DNA of 64,000 nt, taken from NCBI GenBank assembly GCA_958296135.2, contig CATQHZ020000001.1, positions 416,001 to 480,000 on the forward strand. The letters run 5' to 3'. The notes under the pieces were generated by a model. It was not told where the DNA came from. It searched no databases and saw only the letters and a list, made by a program, of their open reading frames with translations. This document shows, one piece after another, positions 60,263-64,000 of the stretch. The stretch's first letter is position 1. Every line of letters starts with the position of its first letter. The DNA is from an uncultured Poribacteria bacterium. GTDB lineage: Bacteria > Poribacteria > WGA-4E > WGA-3G. The position numbers were made by a program, and so were the translations under genes.

Positions 60263-61305
60263 ATCTTTTTTTCGGCGGATACGGCTTCGATTTTTTGGCG
60301 TGTCGGCATTGAAGGTGTCGCGCCGAGGGTGGTGACGGCCGCTGCGCCTGCCGCATTCGCAAACCTGACAGCCTCTCGCAGGCTCTCACCAGATGCCAGC
60401 GCGGTCGCGAGCGCGCCACAAAACGCGTCCCCCGCGCCGGTTGTATCAACCACCTCAACGGGGAGCGCGGGAATTACCTCGGACATCTCTGCTGTCAGCA
60501 ATAATGCGCCGCGTTCGCCTAGTGTTAGTATAACAGATGTTGCGGCATCGCGAGGGACAAGCTCTCGCGCTACGGGGCCGGCTGGCGTTTCTGCCGCGCG
60601 CGTGAGAGCGCGAGGGACAGGCCCTCGCGCTACGGGGTCGGGGGACGTTTCCGCCGAGAAGTCGCGATCGCGAGGGACAGGCCCTCGCGCTACCGAACCG
60701 GGGGCGGTTGTCACTGGCATTCCTGTCAGCAATGCCGCCTCGGATTCGTTGGGAATGATGATGTCAACGTGCGCGAGGAGGCTGTCGGGTAGGGGTTGTG
60801 CAGGTGCCGGATTGAGTAGCACGGTTGTACCGTTCGCCTGCGCAATCGCTGCGGCGCGTTCGGATGCAGGAATTGGGGTTTCCAATTGCAAGAGCAACAC
60901 CTCCGCCTCGGCGATGCAGGCGGCGGCTGCCTCAATATCTGCCGGTGTTAACGTCATATTGGCGCGCGGCACAACGATGATGCTGTTTTCGCCGCTCGGT
61001 TCAACGACGATAGTTGCTACGCCGGTGCCGACTTCGGCGCGCTTTATCCTGCCATCGATCTGCTCCGCAGCCACCGCCGAGAGGAGCATCTCCGCGAAAA
61101 CATCTGTCCCGACGCAGCCGATAAGGGTGACATCCGCGCCTAATCGCGCCGCGGCGGTGGCCTGATTAAAGCCTTTGCCGCCGGTGAAGATATCAAACGC
61201 ATCGCCGATGAGCGTCTCGCCTTTCTGTGGATACCGAGGGGCGCGGCTCACCAGATCGATGTTCAGGCTGCCGACGACTGTGACTTTGGGTTTTGGATGA
61301 TTCAT
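60259..61305 (-). CDS. rbsK: Ribokinase with in-frame REP-derived insertion
   Basis: VGSLNID, GGKGFNQA, LNPAP, PNESE, VDTTGAGDAF. Confidence 0.92.
   Translation of the reverse strand: MNHPKPKVTVVGSLNIDLVSRAPRYPQKGETLIGDAFDIFTGGKGFNQATAAARLGADVTLIGCVGTDVFAEMLLSAVAAEQIDGRIKRAEVGTGVATIVVEPSGENSIIVVPRANMTLTPADIEAAAACIAEAEVLLLQLETPIPASERAAAIAQANGTTVLLNPAPAQPLPDSLLAHVDIIIPNESEAALLTGMPVTTAPGSVARGPVPRDRDFSAETSPDPVARGPVPRALTRAAETPAGPVARELVPRDAATSVILTLGERGALLLTAEMSEVIPALPVEVVDTTGAGDAFCGALATALASGESLREAVRFANAAGAAAVTTLGATPSMPTRQKIEAVSAEKKI
60548..60695 (-). repeat. Three REP palindromes inside rbsK at 60-bp spacing
   Basis: cgcgagggacaggccctcgcgctac-type units starting at 60549, 60609 and 60669. Confidence 0.92.
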
Positions 61306-61386
61306 GTTTTTTATTTTTCCGGACGGTTAAGAACATAACCTTAGCGTTGGATTGCGGGATTGTGTCGCGCGCAGTCATTTGTTTTA

Positions 61387-61415
61387 AGGATACCACAAAC
61401 GGGGGATTTTGTCAA
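61387..61415 (-). promoter_or_regulatory. sigma70-like promoter for rbsK
   Basis: TTGACA-17-TATCCT with extended -10 TG. Confidence 0.65.
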
Positions 61416-61435
61416 ATTTTTTTGGAAGTCGGGGG

Positions 61436-61950
61436 CTCGCGAGGGCCGGGGGCTGCCGTAGGGCGCGGTCCTGTGCCGCGCCATGCATCGATCTGCAGAG
61501 AAGATGGCCGTGGCCTGTGGGGTTGCGGGTATTTTTCGTGTCGGTCGGTGGATCACGAGGGACAGGCCCTCGCGCTACGGTAAAAAGGGGCCGTTTGGGG
61601 GATAGGGAGATCGCGAGGGACAGGTCCTCGCGCTGCGGTGAAAATGCTCCTTAGTCCGTAGGGCGCGGTCCTGTGCCGCGCCGTGCATCGATCGCGAGGG
61701 CCAGGCCCTCGCGCTACGGGGCTGCGGACGGTTTTGGTGCGAGAGAGATCGCGAGGGACAGTGGACATCTCTGCAGCGGGACTGCAGAGATGACAACGTT
61801 TCGGCGTGACGGCCCTCGCGCGACGGTGAAAAGGGGCCATTTGGGGGATCGGACGATCGCGAGGGACAGGCCCTCGCGCGACGGTGAAAGGGGCCGTTTT
61901 CGCCGCGCGAGCGCGCGCGAGGGGAGGTTGTCGCTGCGCGGGACGGGGCC
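61436..61950. repeat. BIME-like REP cluster with a 50-bp nested insert (61761-61810)
   Basis: At least seven REP hairpins in both orientations. Confidence 0.9.
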
Positions 61951-61964
61951 GGACGAGACCGTTT

Positions 61965-61993
61965 TTGCACTATTCCGCGCGTTCTGCTATAAT
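61965..61993 (+). promoter_or_regulatory. sigma70 promoter for SDR-cupin
   Basis: TTGCAC-17-TATAAT with extended -10 TG. Confidence 0.7.
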
Positions 61994-62055
61994 CGTTTAT
62001 AACAATATCCAAAATCGGGCTGCACGCAGATTGTAGGGATGAGGAGGGAAAAAGG

Positions 62056-62850
62056 ATGAAAGTTGCGCTCGAAGGACGCGTCGCACTTGTCACCGGCGGC
62101 GCGCAAGGCATCGGCCGCGCGATTGTGGACGCGCTCATTGATAACGGCGCGCAAGTAGCCATTGTCGATATTGACACGCGCACCGGCACCAAAACGGCCG
62201 AAGAGATTCAGCAAACGGGAGGCACCTGTCTCTTTGTGGAAGGTGACGTATCCGACGCAGCACAGATGGAAGCGGTCGCCCAACAAGTCGCGGCGCACTT
62301 CGGAACAATCCAGATTCTGGTAAATAATGCGGGCATTAACACGCGGCAGGAGCGAGTTCCCATCCATCAATATGCGCTGGCGGACTGGCACCGCATCTTG
62401 GCGACGGATCTGACAGGGGTTTTCACGACGAGCCGTGCGGTGATTCCGCATCTATTACCAAACGCTGACGGCCGCATTGTTAACATCAGTTCGATTGCCG
62501 GGTTAGTGCCGCTCCGCTTACAGAGTGCTTACGTTGCGGCGAAAGCCGGGGTTGCGAATTTGACGCGCTCTATGGCATTGGAGTTAGGACCGCAAGGCAT
62601 CCTCGTGAACGCGGTCGCGCCCGGTTCCACGTTAACGCGCGGCACAGAGGCACTCTTCTACGGGCCAGATGGCGCATACTCCGAAAACGCGGCGAGTCTC
62701 ATCTCGCACATCCCGCTTGGCAGGCCGGGGACACCGGCAGAAATTGCCGCCGCGGTGCTCTTCCTCGTGTCGCCGGATGCGAGTTACGTGAATGGCACTA
62801 TCCTCACCGTCGATGGCGGCTGGACGGCAGGGTATACGAGAGATTGGTGA
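62056..62850 (+). CDS. Short-chain dehydrogenase/reductase
   Basis: TGGAQGIG, NNAG, YVAAK, VNAVAPG, VDGG. Confidence 0.93.
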   Translation: MKVALEGRVALVTGGAQGIGRAIVDALIDNGAQVAIVDIDTRTGTKTAEEIQQTGGTCLFVEGDVSDAAQMEAVAQQVAAHFGTIQILVNNAGINTRQERVPIHQYALADWHRILATDLTGVFTTSRAVIPHLLPNADGRIVNISSIAGLVPLRLQSAYVAAKAGVANLTRSMALELGPQGILVNAVAPGSTLTRGTEALFYGPDGAYSENAASLISHIPLGRPGTPAEIAAAVLFLVSPDASYVNGTILTVDGGWTAGYTRDW

Positions 62851-62892
62851 AGCCGATTTCGCGCTACATTACAGATAGAATGAGGTGAAAAA

Positions 62893-63309
62893 ATGGCAAA
62901 GATAACACAGTTTAAAGGGTATCAGGGTGAACCCCCGAGCCCGAAACCTGCACATCAGGTTCAAGCGAACGTCGTTACTGTCCAAGACGGTGTGCCGGTG
63001 AAATATTCGGGTTGCGATGGCATCGGCGTGCGGGTTGTCCATCCGGCGAATCCGAACGCGCCCGCTGAAAACTTGGGGTTAGTGATGTTTTTTGTGCCGC
63101 CACACGTCGTGTTGGAGCCGGGCAGTCATCACACCGAGGAGTGCTATGTCATCTTACGCGGCAGCGGCACGATGACTATCGCAGATGAAAAGGTGCCGGT
63201 GGAAGCCGGCACGTTTATCCATCTGCCGCCGTGGTGTGAGCACGGCATCGAGAACACGGGTAATGAGACTCTGGAGGTGCTCATCTGCACCTCACCGCCG
63301 AACCCGTAA
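62893..63309 (+). CDS. Cupin-domain protein
   Basis: SHHTEECYVIL.G.G...P...EHGIEN. Confidence 0.85.
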   Translation: MAKITQFKGYQGEPPSPKPAHQVQANVVTVQDGVPVKYSGCDGIGVRVVHPANPNAPAENLGLVMFFVPPHVVLEPGSHHTEECYVILRGSGTMTIADEKVPVEAGTFIHLPPWCEHGIENTGNETLEVLICTSPPNP

Positions 63310-63391
63310 TTTTCTGTTGTTCGCGAGGCGTTGTACTGCGTCTCGGGTTTGTTCACGTTGTCTACCCAGGCCGCCTTGACGTTGTCAATGC

Positions 63392-64000
63392 TTACGGTTC
63401 CGGATTGCAACCTACGACAGGATTCCGCAGCACGCCGATGCCTTCAATCTCAATTTCGACGACATCGCCGGCTTTTAACGCGCTGGTAGTGCCCGGTGTG
63501 CCGGTGAAGACTGCATCGCCGGGCTCTAGCGTTATCGCTTGTGAAATGAAACTGATAATCGTCGTTACCGGGAAAATCAGATCGGCGGTTGTCTGCGCCT
63601 GCACCACAGTGCCGTTGATGCGCGTCTCCAATTGCGCGTCCGTGTAGTCCAACTCGGTAGCGATGAAGGGACCCATGGGGCCGAACGTATCAGAGGCTTT
63701 AGCGCGCCACCACTGCAGGTCATTGCTCTGCCAAGTGCGCGCGCTGACATCGTTGCCGCAGGTTACACCTAAGATGTTGGCGGCGGCTTCTTCCGGCGTT
63801 GCCTTCTGCGTCCGCGTTTTCATGATAACGACGAGTTCACCTTCGGCATGCACCTCATCATCGCCTGCGGGTAAGACAATCTCACCGCCCGGGTTGTTGA
63901 TACACGACGGCGTTTTGATGAAGATTTCTGGGTTTTGCGGTTCCGGTTGCCCGCCCAAGTGGCTGCGGTAATTCAGTCCGACAGCGAGAACCTTGGTAGG
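63392..64000 (-). CDS. Fumarylacetoacetate hydrolase family protein (5' end outside window)
   Basis: AVGLNY, EGEL, GNDVSAR, KASDTF, LEPGD..FTGTPG. Confidence 0.9.
   Translation of the reverse strand, partial: PTKVLAVGLNYRSHLGGQPEPQNPEIFIKTPSCINNPGGEIVLPAGDDEVHAEGELVVIMKTRTQKATPEEAAANILGVTCGNDVSARTWQSNDLQWWRAKASDTFGPMGPFIATELDYTDAQLETRINGTVVQAQTTADLIFPVTTIISFISQAITLEPGDAVFTGTPGTTSALKAGDVVEIEIEGIGVLRNPVVGCNPEP

Noticed and set aside
60113-61165. 350-aa plus-strand ORF
   Set aside because: Antisense shadow of rbsK.

Overview
64 kb of a bacterial chromosome. The C-terminal 'VEP..LVTTWGKLK' motif, the expanded PhyH-family dioxygenases and the 'LPEGAIARLG' WD40 fragment point to Candidatus Poribacteria (inference, not a database result). 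The window holds the str/S10 region (rpsL-rpsG-fusA-tuf-rpsJ-rplC-rplD'), a dut-thyA-orf-folA-nagA cluster, tRNA-Arg(CCG), an orphan type III-like DNA methyltransferase, glycogen genes (GT3-like synthase, GH13 branching enzyme), nadC, a NERD-helicase/TPR/Mrr-N islet next to a stand-alone dnaN, a double-length uvrA, era, ribokinase and several catabolic enzymes. The most striking signal is a dense population of GTAG-type REP palindromes that have entered coding sequence. Copies sit in frame inside ribokinase (three, at exactly 60-bp spacing), UvrA, the glycogen synthase, the branching enzyme and a DnaJ-PhyH fusion. Others supply the TAG stop codon of at least six genes. A 50/148-bp hairpin element is inserted at the same position in the REP loop four times, and an inverted REP pair brackets an accessory cassette. 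No REP-associated transposase is in the window. Ribosomal protein S12 carries substitutions at positions equivalent to E. coli K42, P90 and G91, which govern streptomycin phenotypes. All protein assignments come from motif recognition only; no searches were run.
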